DNA of 64,000 nucleotides from an uncultured Verrucomicrobiae bacterium (GTDB lineage Bacteria; Verrucomicrobiota; Verrucomicrobiia; Chthoniobacterales; JAFAMB01): NCBI GenBank assembly GCA_963837955.1, contig CAWIPH010000002.1, positions 1,354,966 to 1,418,965 of the forward strand, read 5' to 3'. Shown piece by piece: positions 55,984 to 64,000 of this stretch (position 1 is its first letter; each line of letters starts with the position of its first letter). The notes under the pieces were generated by a model. It saw only the letters and a program-made list of their open reading frames with translations, ran no database searches and was not told where the DNA came from. The position numbers and the translations under genes were made by a program.

Positions 55984-57957
55984 ATGACATCACCATCTAT
56001 CACCCCTACGCCAAGCCTTGGCGTCTGTTATTACCCGGAACATTTGCCCGCAGAATATTGGCCTGCCGATTTCGATTCGATGCGCGACATCGGAATACGC
56101 ATTGTTCGGGTAGGCGAGTTCGCTTGGAGCAGGTTTGAACCGGAGCCAGGCGAATACCGATTCTCCTGGTTGGAGCAAATTCTGGATCTGGCCGAATCGA
56201 AGAGTTTGTCCATAGTCCTGGGCACGCCAACGTCCGCGCCGCCGAAGTGGCTGGTTGATCAGATGCCTGACATGGTCGCGGTGGATGCAAACGGCCACCG
56301 GAAAGGTTTCGGCTCTCGCCGTCATTATTGCTTTTCGCATGCCGGTTATCGAAAAGAGTGTGAACGCATCGTAACGAAGCTGGCCCAGACCTTCGGTGAA
56401 CATCCTGCGGTTGTGGCTTGGCAAACTGACAACGAGTTTGGCTGTCACAACACTGTTTTGAGCTATTCCGATGCAGCCCGTATCGCTTTCCGGTCCTGGT
56501 TGAGAAACCGGTATGGGTCGATCGACCAACTCAATCAGGCTTGGGGGAATGTTTTCTGGAGCATGGAGTATCGGAATTTCGACGAGATAGAGCTTCCTAA
56601 TCTTACAGTCACAGAGCCTAATCCGGCTCACCAGCTCGATTATCGTCGTTTCTCCTCCGATGAGGTCGACAGTTTCAATCGACTACAAGTAGACCTCCTT
56701 CGCCAGTATTCGCCCGGTAGAACGATTCTTCACAATTTCATGGCGAAGTTTCTAGACTTCGACCATTTCGAAGTCTCCAAATCCTTGGACGCAGCTAGTT
56801 GGGACTCCTACCCACTCGGGGCACTCACCTTACTGAATGCACCGGAGTCACATAAGGCTCGCTACCTACACACAGGCGATCCCGACTTGACTGCCTTTCA
56901 TCACGATCTCTATCGAGCCTGTGGTCGAGGCCGGTCGTGGGTAATGGAACAGCAGCCTGGTCCGGTTAACTGGGCTGCCTACAATCCTGCTCCGCATCCC
57001 GGGATGGTTCGCCTGTGGACCTACGAAGCGATTGCCCATGGGGCCGAAGTCGTCAGCTATTTCTGTTGGCGGCAAGCGCCTTTCGCTCAGGAACAGATGC
57101 ACTCCGGATTGAATCTCCCCAACCGGGAACCAGACATTGGTTCGTTCGAGGTTCGCCAAACGGCCAAGGAACTTGCGCAAATGGAGCTTGCCTCATCACT
57201 TCCGGGAGAGGTCGCCTTGGTGTACGACTATGAAGCGGCCTGGATGCTCGGCATTCAACCGCAGGGGGATAACTTTGATTATTTCTCGGTCGTTTTGAGC
57301 TTCTATAGAGCTCTCCGGCGATCCGGTCTTAACATCGATATTCTGCCCCAGGGCGCACCGTTAGATCCCTATAAGGTAGTGGTGATTCCATCTCTGCCAA
57401 TCGTGTATCCGAAATTGGTAGAATCACTCAAACGATTCCGCGGACAGACTCTAATCGGTCCACGGACAGGGTCGAAAACGCCAAATTTCCAGATCCCGAC
57501 AGAACTACCTCCGGGTCCACTCCAAGAACTGATACCCCTAAAGATCGTTCGAGCGGAGTCTTTACCCGATTTTGTTTCACTCTCCCTAGTTTGGAATTCG
57601 GCTAATTACGGATGCCATTCCTGGCTTGAACATGTGCGAACCGAAATCGCACCACTCATTCAGCTCACAGATGGACACGGAATCGCTTACCGGAACGGCA
57701 AAATCACCTATCTGGCCACGTTGCCTGAGCAACCCTTTCTGGATAAAATTGTTGAAGGTCTTCTGCGCGAGGAGGGATTGAAATTCAGCGCGGTACCGCC
57801 AGGTGTTCGCGTTCGCACGCGCGGACAACATCGGTTTTTCTTTAATTATAACTCAGAGAGCGTGACGTTGGATTTGCCGCCCGAAACAAAATTTGTGCTC
57901 GGCGCTGGTGTGATGCCGACCGCAGGCGTGACGATAGTCGAACGCCCTCAGCATTGA
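55984..57957 (+). CDS. GH42 beta-galactosidase
   Basis: 'GVCYYPEHLPAEYWPADFDSMRDIGIRIVRVGEFAWSRFEP' and 'WQTDNEFG' (acid/base Glu region) are typical of GH42. 657 aa. Confidence 0.9.
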   Translation: MTSPSITPTPSLGVCYYPEHLPAEYWPADFDSMRDIGIRIVRVGEFAWSRFEPEPGEYRFSWLEQILDLAESKSLSIVLGTPTSAPPKWLVDQMPDMVAVDANGHRKGFGSRRHYCFSHAGYRKECERIVTKLAQTFGEHPAVVAWQTDNEFGCHNTVLSYSDAARIAFRSWLRNRYGSIDQLNQAWGNVFWSMEYRNFDEIELPNLTVTEPNPAHQLDYRRFSSDEVDSFNRLQVDLLRQYSPGRTILHNFMAKFLDFDHFEVSKSLDAASWDSYPLGALTLLNAPESHKARYLHTGDPDLTAFHHDLYRACGRGRSWVMEQQPGPVNWAAYNPAPHPGMVRLWTYEAIAHGAEVVSYFCWRQAPFAQEQMHSGLNLPNREPDIGSFEVRQTAKELAQMELASSLPGEVALVYDYEAAWMLGIQPQGDNFDYFSVVLSFYRALRRSGLNIDILPQGAPLDPYKVVVIPSLPIVYPKLVESLKRFRGQTLIGPRTGSKTPNFQIPTELPPGPLQELIPLKIVRAESLPDFVSLSLVWNSANYGCHSWLEHVRTEIAPLIQLTDGHGIAYRNGKITYLATLPEQPFLDKIVEGLLREEGLKFSAVPPGVRVRTRGQHRFFFNYNSESVTLDLPPETKFVLGAGVMPTAGVTIVERPQH

Positions 57958-58027
57958 AGGTAGTTGACTCGGCGGCAGCCGCCTATGTGCGTCGACTTAA
58001 GGCCGACGTTTGGGTCTCTGCCCCGAA

Positions 58028-58085
58028 GGGGGGAGGGCGCACGTCCTCGTGCGCCGCGGATTGCGAGGACGCGATCCCTCCCCCC
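58028..58085. terminator. Long imperfect hairpin between convergent genes
   Basis: GGGGGGAGGG(58028-37)/CCCTCCCCCC(58076-85) and GTCCTCG(58043-49)/CGAGGAC(58064-70) form stacked stems with a symmetric internal loop. Confidence 0.4.
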
Positions 58086-58248
58086 TTCAGCAGCTCCAAC
58101 CCGCGGTGCGGGTGTTTTTCCGAGTGGGCGTCCGATCCGGCGCCTTATGGGAGCAGAGAACCAAACGTTGGGCGCAATCGCCAACTGCCCTGGCTGAGAC
58201 CGCCGCGCTCCCGGATATTTCCCAACTCCTAACCTCCCAACCTCCTCC

Positions 58249-59595
58249 TCACAACGGCCGGAACCGCGCGGTAAAGTGTCGCAAGAACGGCGGTTCCTGA
58301 ATGATTTCGACGCCGCGAAGTTCGTGTTTGCGCTCGTTCACTTCTAAGATGGCTTCGATCAAGTAGTCTATGTGGCTTTGGGTATACACGCGGCGGGGGA
58401 TAGCTAACCGCAGCAGCTCCAGGCGCGCATCTCCGCCGAACATCACTGAGCCGATCTCCACCGAGCGAACACCGGCGTGTCGATAGAGTTCGATGGCGAG
58501 CGCCTGTCCGGGAAACTGGTGTTTAGGAATCTGCGGCAGCATCAGGCCGGCATCGATATAAATGGCGTGACCACCAGGGGGTTCGACAATAGGCACTCCA
58601 GCGTCCGCGATATGACGACCCAGGTATCCCGTGGACACAATGCGATATTCGAGATACTCGGGTTGCAGCACTTCTTCGAGGCCAACCGCAATTGCGTCCA
58701 AGTCTCGGCCGGCCAATCCACCGTAGGTAGGAAATCCCTCGGTTAGAATCAAGAGATTCATCTCTTGTTCGGCTAGCGCGTCATCGTTGGTGCAAAGCAA
58801 GCCCCCGATGTTTGCGAATGCGTCTTTCTTCGCGGAGAACGTGCAACCGTCCGCCAGCGAAAACATTTCACAGGCAATCTCGCGCGGTGTCTTGCCGGCA
58901 TAACCTGCTTCCCGTAGTTTGATAAACCAGGCGTTTTCAGCGAAGCGACAGGCATCGAGGTAGAGTGGAATGCCATGTCTCTTCGTCACTTCGCGCGCAG
59001 CCCGGATGTTGGCCAGCGAGACCGGCTGTCCGCCACCTGAGTTGTTCGTCACCGTGATCATTACGAGCGGGATCTTCGGAGCTCCCTCGCGCACGATTAA
59101 CGCTTCGAGCGCAGCGATATCGAGATTCCCCTTAAAAGGGAGACGAGCCTGAGTGTCGCTGGCTTCAGGAATAGGAAGATCGACGGCAGCCGCACCGGTG
59201 AATTCGATGTTTGCCCGCGTCGTATCGAAATGAGTGTTGTTCGGAACGATATGCCCCGGCTTGCAGAGAACAGAAAATAAAATGCGCTCCGCAGCTCGCC
59301 CCTGATGAGTCGGTATCACGTGGCGAAACGCAGTGAGCCCCTGAACAACACTCTGAAGTCGAAAAAAACTTTCGCTACCGGCATACGATTCATCGCCGCG
59401 CATTACGGCTGCCCACTGCTCGGTGGACATAGCGCTGGTGCCGGAATCGGTGAGCAGGTCGAGCAACACATCGACAGCGCGAAGCTGGAACAGGTTGTAT
59501 CCAGCGCGCTGGAGCAAAAGTTCACGCTGCTCGGGTGTAGTGCGAGTGAGTGGCTCAACGCTTTTGATCCGGAACGGTTCAATGATGGTCTTCAC
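58249..59595 (-). CDS. Beta-eliminating lyase (tryptophanase / tyrosine phenol-lyase family)
   Basis: 'MKTIIEPFRIKSVEPL...DLLTDSGTSAM...MRGDESYAGS' and the PLP-Lys region 'TFSAKKDAFANIGG' match TnaA/TPL. I cannot separate Trp from Tyr specificity by eye. Confidence 0.85.
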   Translation of the reverse strand: MKTIIEPFRIKSVEPLTRTTPEQRELLLQRAGYNLFQLRAVDVLLDLLTDSGTSAMSTEQWAAVMRGDESYAGSESFFRLQSVVQGLTAFRHVIPTHQGRAAERILFSVLCKPGHIVPNNTHFDTTRANIEFTGAAAVDLPIPEASDTQARLPFKGNLDIAALEALIVREGAPKIPLVMITVTNNSGGGQPVSLANIRAAREVTKRHGIPLYLDACRFAENAWFIKLREAGYAGKTPREIACEMFSLADGCTFSAKKDAFANIGGLLCTNDDALAEQEMNLLILTEGFPTYGGLAGRDLDAIAVGLEEVLQPEYLEYRIVSTGYLGRHIADAGVPIVEPPGGHAIYIDAGLMLPQIPKHQFPGQALAIELYRHAGVRSVEIGSVMFGGDARLELLRLAIPRRVYTQSHIDYLIEAILEVNERKHELRGVEIIQEPPFLRHFTARFRPL

Positions 59596-59624
59596 TTTGG
59601 GAATTCTAGCCTGAAATTAGCGGC

Positions 59625-59820
59625 ACAGGCAAAGCGTTCGCCTTGGTCCAGCGTTGGTAGGGCGAAAATTTATTTGAGCCGGGAACCCCTGAGCGGCTCA
59701 CGCAAAAGCGTTCGCCCTACCGATCGTGGGCATTGGTCCAGTGTTGGTAGGGGCGAAAATTTATTTGAGCCGGAAACTCCTGAGCGGCTCACGCAAAAGC
59801 GTTCGCCCTACCGATCGTGT
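59625..59820. repeat. Two tandem GGTAGGGCGAA palindromic (REP-like) elements
   Basis: The unit '..CCAGCGTTGGTAGGGCGAAAATTTATTTGAGCCGGGAACCCCTGAGCGGCTCACGCAAAAGCGTTCGCCCTACCGATCGTG' occurs twice. The internal inverted repeat is GGTAGGGCGAA/TTCGCCCTACC. Confidence 0.8.
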
Positions 59821-59822
59821 TC

Positions 59823-59850
59823 CACCAATCACCAATCACTTCTCACTAAT
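59823..59850. repeat. Heptamer tract CACCAAT CACCAAT CACTTCT CACTAAT
   Basis: Read directly from the sequence. It lies in the divergent region between the lyase gene (-) and corA (+). Confidence 0.8.
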
Positions 59851-59942
59851 CACGTTCTTTTGCGGCTAAAACTCTCCTTCAACGTTTTCGCTATTCTCCC
59901 GCGGAGATTTGATTCATCATTTTCGGGTTTCTTAACCGGTTA

Positions 59943-60995
59943 ATGCAAAAGCTCCGTTATAATGCCCCTGGCACCCCACCGGCAACTTTAGTTCCACTGC
60001 CTGAGCAGGCCGGCCACAAGCCAAAGCTGCGGTTGATCGAATATGACGCTCACTCGTTCCAGGAACGAGAGATCGATGCGATTGAAGACGTTTTGGACTC
60101 TCTCCACGACTCAAAGGTGAGCTGGATCAATGTTGACGGCCTCGGGGACGTCGAGACGTTGCAAAAGCTGGGTGAACATTTCCGGATTCATCCGCTCGCG
60201 CTGGAAGATGTGTTCAATACCGGGCAACGGCCCCATATCGACGAGTATGATGACCAGCTTTTCGTCGTGTTGGAGATGGCTTATCACGCCAAGGAGGGAG
60301 AGTTAGTTTTCGAGCAGGTAAGTATTTTTTTGGGTCGTCATTATGTAATCACGATCCAGGAACATTCGGGAGACGTATTCGAACCCATTCGGAGGCGCAT
60401 CCGCGAGGGACTCGGAAGCGCGCGCTTCCTGCACAGCGACTATCTGGCTTATGCCCTGATCGATGCCGTCATTGATCAATACTTCCCGTTGTCAGAAACA
60501 TTGGGCGAGTCAATCGAGGACATGGAAGAAGAAGTGCTGGCAGCTCCGACCCGGGACAAGTTGCAGCAGATTCATGAATTCCGGCAGGCTCTGGCCCAGC
60601 TGCGCCGGGCCGTCTGGCCCACTCGCGAAGTCCTTGCCCGTTTGCTCAGAGACGAGACAGGTCTCATTGCCGAAAGAACGAAGCCGTTTCTTCGTGACTG
60701 CCTGGATCACGTTCTGGCAATCGCCGACCTGCTGGAAACCTATCGCGATATCACAACCAGTTTCATGGATCTATACGTCTCGAGCTTGAGCATGCGAACG
60801 AATGAAATCATGCGAGTGCTGACTATCATTTCGTCTATTTTCATCCCGCTCACTTTTATCGCCGGACTCTACGGCATGAACTTTGGCAATATGCCGGAGT
60901 TACACTGGAGCTTCGGCTACCCGCTTGTCCTTACTATCATGTTAGCTGTGGCTCTTGGCATGATCGCGTTCTTTAAGGTAAAGAAATGGTTTTGA
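59943..60995 (+). CDS. corA: Magnesium/cobalt transporter CorA
   Basis: 350 aa with two C-terminal TM segments and the signature 'YGMNF'. Confidence 0.9.
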   Translation: MQKLRYNAPGTPPATLVPLPEQAGHKPKLRLIEYDAHSFQEREIDAIEDVLDSLHDSKVSWINVDGLGDVETLQKLGEHFRIHPLALEDVFNTGQRPHIDEYDDQLFVVLEMAYHAKEGELVFEQVSIFLGRHYVITIQEHSGDVFEPIRRRIREGLGSARFLHSDYLAYALIDAVIDQYFPLSETLGESIEDMEEEVLAAPTRDKLQQIHEFRQALAQLRRAVWPTREVLARLLRDETGLIAERTKPFLRDCLDHVLAIADLLETYRDITTSFMDLYVSSLSMRTNEIMRVLTIISSIFIPLTFIAGLYGMNFGNMPELHWSFGYPLVLTIMLAVALGMIAFFKVKKWF

Positions 60996-61011
60996 GTCCT
61001 ATTTCCTTTTT

Positions 61012-61110
61012 CGCCTACCAACGCTGGAACAACGCCCACGATCGGTAGGGCGAAAGCCTGATTCGGCGCAACGCCGAATCGGCTTGAGCCGCTTCTCTGC
61101 CCGAGTTCCA
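61012..61110. repeat. Variant, inverted copy of the GGTAGGGCGAA element
   Basis: TTCGCCTACCAACGCTGG...GATCGGTAGGGCGAAAGCC followed by hairpin GATTCGGCG-CAA-CGCCGAATC. A further fragment, TTCGCCCTACCGATC, is at ~61231-61245. Confidence 0.55.
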
Positions 61111-61415
61111 GCTTAGTCCATCTTCATCCCGCGCTGACAAACGGGTCGAAAGGTTAGTCCGCGCACGCTGCTCAAACCCGGCGCGAATCACACAACCAGA
61201 CAAGGCAACGTTTCCACACGCGCCTTAGTTTTCGCCCTACCGATCCTGGGTTTCGATACACCGTAGCCTGATCGTCCACGCTCAGGAACCCAGCGCGTCA
61301 GATATGCCTGTTATGCGCAATCCTCGGACATTTAGTCCAACGAAGGGAATCGCATGGGCTTCGGTTACGGAGGCTGGCTTGTCCGACATAGGCCCCGCGA
61401 CGTCGGAAGCATCGT

Positions 61416-61979
61416 CTACGTTGGCTTCTGCTTTGCCAGGTAATCGTTAACCGCTTTTTCCCAGTGCTCCCCATTACCACGATCGGTCGAACCGAGTTTC
61501 TGGACATGATCGTTTGCTTCCGGACTCAGCGCCGTTCGCTCATAAACGACGCTGACCTTTGTCTTGGCAGAATCGAGTGGCAAAAACCTGAGATCAATGA
61601 CTGTGACCATGACGTCGCTGACGAAATAGACGTACTGAAAATGGCGGTCCTTCATATCAAAGGCTGTATTCACCCAGATGGATTGATGAGATCCGTGTCT
61701 GACACTGAATACCGCGCCTTCTCTATCTTTGGGAGGGTGGGGATAGATGAACTGCGGATCCCAATCTTCTCCTGCCCATGATCGTTCAGCGAGTGGCCCG
61801 AAAAGAGGAGCCGCAATTTCGTACGGAGCCTGAACCGTGAGCTCGAAGCGGTTGCGAACGTGCGCCAGTGGAACCGCACTCTCCGGAACAGATGCTGTCT
61901 GCGTTGTCTTCTTTGTCTGAGATGAGACGGGCATGATTGTGGCCGCTCCAACTAGAACTAAACCCATAAGGGCTTTCAT
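61416..61979 (-). CDS. Secreted hypothetical protein (possibly SRPBCC-like fold)
   Basis: Signal peptide 'MKALMGLVLVGAATIMPVSS'. I recognise no motif. There is a 4-nt overlap with the upstream RHH gene. Confidence 0.55.
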   Translation of the reverse strand: MKALMGLVLVGAATIMPVSSQTKKTTQTASVPESAVPLAHVRNRFELTVQAPYEIAAPLFGPLAERSWAGEDWDPQFIYPHPPKDREGAVFSVRHGSHQSIWVNTAFDMKDRHFQYVYFVSDVMVTVIDLRFLPLDSAKTKVSVVYERTALSPEANDHVQKLGSTDRGNGEHWEKAVNDYLAKQKPT

Positions 61980-62251
61980 CGGGTGGGTTCTTTGAGCTTG
62001 TGGCTGTCTTCGGCTTTCAAGGTCATCCCGTAGATGGTCTTGAACTGCTCGATTTCCTTAAGGGTTTCCCGAGAAAATGCCGGCTTCCCTTCAAAGGCGT
62101 GAAGCACAATCCCCTCCAGCAAATTGCCGAGAGACATGTCTTTGAGTTCGGCAACGGCTTTCAGCGTTTTCAATAGTCGTTTCTCTAGGCGCACTCCCGT
62201 TTGGACTCGCTCGATTTCAACAGAAGCCGGTTGGCTCCTCTCCGTCGACAT
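61976..62251 (-). CDS. Ribbon-helix-helix (CopG/Arc-like) domain protein
   Basis: 'VQTGVRLEKRLLKTLKAVAELKDMSLGNLLEGIVLHA' fits a beta-strand/helix/helix RHH pattern. Confidence 0.55.
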   Translation of the reverse strand: MSTERSQPASVEIERVQTGVRLEKRLLKTLKAVAELKDMSLGNLLEGIVLHAFEGKPAFSRETLKEIEQFKTIYGMTLKAEDSHKLKEPTR

Positions 62252-62633
62252 TGGTACTAATGTACAATGGTAACTTCGAACGGAAAGAAAAAACCATCAG
62301 AGAGGAGTTCAGAAATTCAAAGAGTCAGAAGGGGAAGGCGGTTGCCAAAATTCTCAGACGCCATGGATTTAGGAGCTAGAAGGTGAGACCTCGCCTCCGT
62401 TTTGTTCTTAAGTTCCTGAGCGCCTCATCCTCTTCGAACTTTTTGAACTCCTGGTACTCCTGAATTTCTGAACTCCTTGACAATAGATCTGTCTTCCTTG
62501 TAGCAACGTGCATATAAGTTGGTGGTTGCCGTGCAAATCGTTGGAAATCAGTGTCTCGCTCTCTTCGGAAACTTTCTCCGCAATACTCCGCCGTTGATCA
62601 CGTCTTACGGCCAAACGCTAGAATGAGTTAACT

Positions 62634-63062
62634 ATGCCAGGCCTAAACGACTTCCTTTCGCGAATCCAGACCGATCATACGTTCTACTTGCAGGTTAAGA
62701 AGGACCCGGAGGGAGCCCTAGCGGCTTACGAACTGAGCGCTGAAGAACAGGCCGCTTTTACCGAATCTGGTCCGCAACTTTGGGCTTATCTCGGACGGCT
62801 GACAACGCGTGCCGAATCGCTCGCTCGTGATCAGGACGGAAGTATCGTCCATGATCCGAATCCGACCAATTGGAAGATTTCCCCTTTGCACACGTCAACG
62901 AATGCCATTGCGGACCTGTGCGGTTCCGCCGATTCAGATTTTAATCCTGCGACGCTGCTTAGCCGGCCTGAAGTTCAACAAACTATCGCCCTAATCCACG
63001 GCGCGAGTACGCACGCCGGTAAGGCGGCGGCGGTCTCCGCTCTAATGGAACAAATTGGATGA
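62634..63062 (+). CDS. Candidate split-borosin precursor (N-terminal helical LigA-like/borosin-binding-like domain)
   Basis: 142 aa. 'LNDFLSRIQTDHTFYLQVKKDPEGALAAYELSAEEQAAF'. The stop overlaps the ATG of the methyltransferase gene (ATGA at 63059-63062). Confidence 0.5.
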   Translation: MPGLNDFLSRIQTDHTFYLQVKKDPEGALAAYELSAEEQAAFTESGPQLWAYLGRLTTRAESLARDQDGSIVHDPNPTNWKISPLHTSTNAIADLCGSADSDFNPATLLSRPEVQQTIALIHGASTHAGKAAAVSALMEQIG

Positions 63063-63871
63063 GGGGAATAGAGCGGACCGAGGACTCTCTGCCGTTTGAC
63101 ATAGCAATCGTCGGACTAGGAATCGTCGGAGTCCATCAGATTACTCGGGAGGTCGAAGAAACGATTCGCCGGTGCCGGCGAACATTTGTGGTCGATTCCG
63201 GATTTGGTGTTATCTCCTATCTTGAGAGCATCTGTGAGGAGGTGACGAGTCTTATCCCGCTTTACGAGAGGGGCAAAGAGCGGCTACCCACCTATCGCAG
63301 GATGGCGGCTGAGGTGATTAATGGTGCAATTAGCGGTTCGCCGGTCTGTTTTGCTACCTATGGGCACCCATTGGTCTATTGCTATCCTGCAGTGTTAATC
63401 CAAAGGGCGGCCAAACTCCTCAATCTCCGGGCGGAGACATTTCCGGGTATATCTTCGTTTGACACTTTGCTTGTGGACCTAGGCGTTGACTTCGCGGCCG
63501 ACGGCTTGCAAATGTACGAAGCGACCGATTTAATTTTGCGGCGACGGCCGATCCAAAATGACGTCACGTGCGTGCTCTGGCAGGCTAGTGTTTTTGGCGA
63601 TCCGACTTACGAGACGGACCGCCGCTCCGCTGAACACTTCTTGAGTCTACAAAACTATTTGCTCGAATTCTATCCCCCCGAGCATCCAATCACTCTGGTT
63701 TTCTCAAAAACGTTTCCATTGCTGCAGTCGATCGTCGAAACCTACCGGCTGGGAACGCTTGCGGCCGACCTGGAGCGTGGTCCGCAAGGGGGCACGCTGT
63801 ACATCCCGCCGCTGCGCCGTCGAGCGATTGAAGACCACGAGCTCTTGGAGAAGCTGACCCTCCAGACCTAA
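63059..63871 (+). CDS. Tetrapyrrole-methylase-fold SAM methyltransferase, OphMA/SonM-like (candidate peptide alpha-N-methyltransferase)
   Basis: 'DIAIVGLGIVGVHQIT', 'YERGKERLPTYRRM', 'ATYGHPLVY', 'FPGISSFDTLLVDLGVD', 'YEATDLILRRRP' and 'GTLYIPP' follow the motif order I recall for borosin methyltransferases, not CobA/SirA. Confidence 0.7.
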   Translation: MRGIERTEDSLPFDIAIVGLGIVGVHQITREVEETIRRCRRTFVVDSGFGVISYLESICEEVTSLIPLYERGKERLPTYRRMAAEVINGAISGSPVCFATYGHPLVYCYPAVLIQRAAKLLNLRAETFPGISSFDTLLVDLGVDFAADGLQMYEATDLILRRRPIQNDVTCVLWQASVFGDPTYETDRRSAEHFLSLQNYLLEFYPPEHPITLVFSKTFPLLQSIVETYRLGTLAADLERGPQGGTLYIPPLRRRAIEDHELLEKLTLQT

Positions 63872-64000
63872 AACAGCCGTCGTCACTGGTTCGAGCAGGC
63901 GGTCGGCTCGATTGGTTTCCAGATTCCAGCAGCTGAACCAGGTGGAGCTGCCGAGCACTGAACGCCGGTCTCAGAGAGCCGTCCGCACGCAGACTCATCC

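Noticed and set aside
57948-58300. Four overlapping 77-96-aa ORFs (three plus-strand, one minus-strand) between the GH42 and lyase genes
   Set aside because: This GC-rich convergent intergenic region contains a long imperfect hairpin (58028-58085). The ORFs overlap each other, are Arg/Pro/Gly-rich and lack start-site signals.
1-64000. Scan for tRNA, rRNA, tmRNA, integrase or transposase genes, reverse transcriptase, cas genes and prophage structural genes
   Set aside because: None were recognised by eye on either strand. Small structured RNAs cannot be excluded without tRNAscan or Infernal.

Overview
This is a 64-kb, moderately GC-rich chromosomal segment. I recognised no rRNA, tRNA, CRISPR array or transposase gene. 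Gene content looks like a soil heterotroph (Verrucomicrobiota/Acidobacteriota-like), but that is only a guess. All similarity statements are by-eye motif recognition; no searches were run.

Most of the window is ordinary catabolism and transport:
- glcDEF glycolate oxidase plus an LctP-family permease and a beta-hydroxyacid dehydrogenase.
- A Tat-exported PaoABCD-type molybdo-aldehyde oxidoreductase operon, followed by a decayed mocA-like gene.
- Three CUT1-type sugar ABC loci (none with an ATPase gene), with GH4, GH42, mannitol-dehydrogenase-family and PfkB kinase genes and LacI/AraC regulators.
- Two PLC/AcpA-family phosphoesterases, one fused to a beta-propeller.
- A CusRS-like two-component pair and a FixJ-type signalling cluster.
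- A tryptophanase-family lyase and CorA.

Regions worth a second look:
1. At the right edge, a 142-aa helical-domain ORF is translationally coupled to an OphMA/SonM-like tetrapyrrole-methylase-fold enzyme. This is a candidate split-borosin (backbone N-methylated RiPP) locus, cut off by the window end.
2. A stand-alone 1381-aa protein with DUF4062-like, STAND NTPase, TM and TPR parts (NLR/Avs-like architecture) sits behind an AT-rich 0.7-kb gap.
3. A secreted protein is built from 17 near-identical 36/39-bp tandem repeats.
4. A tandemly duplicated cassette encodes four tiny secreted or lipoprotein peptides. Three are below the ORF-track size cutoff and one is frameshifted.
5. A Tyr/Arg/His-rich secreted mini-protein.
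6. Several intergenic repeat families: a MITE-like element with about 33-bp inverted termini, a GGTAGGGCGAA palindromic element, a paired-hairpin array, and heptamer microsatellites in divergent promoters. There is also a conserved 18-nt palindromic motif that may be an operator.
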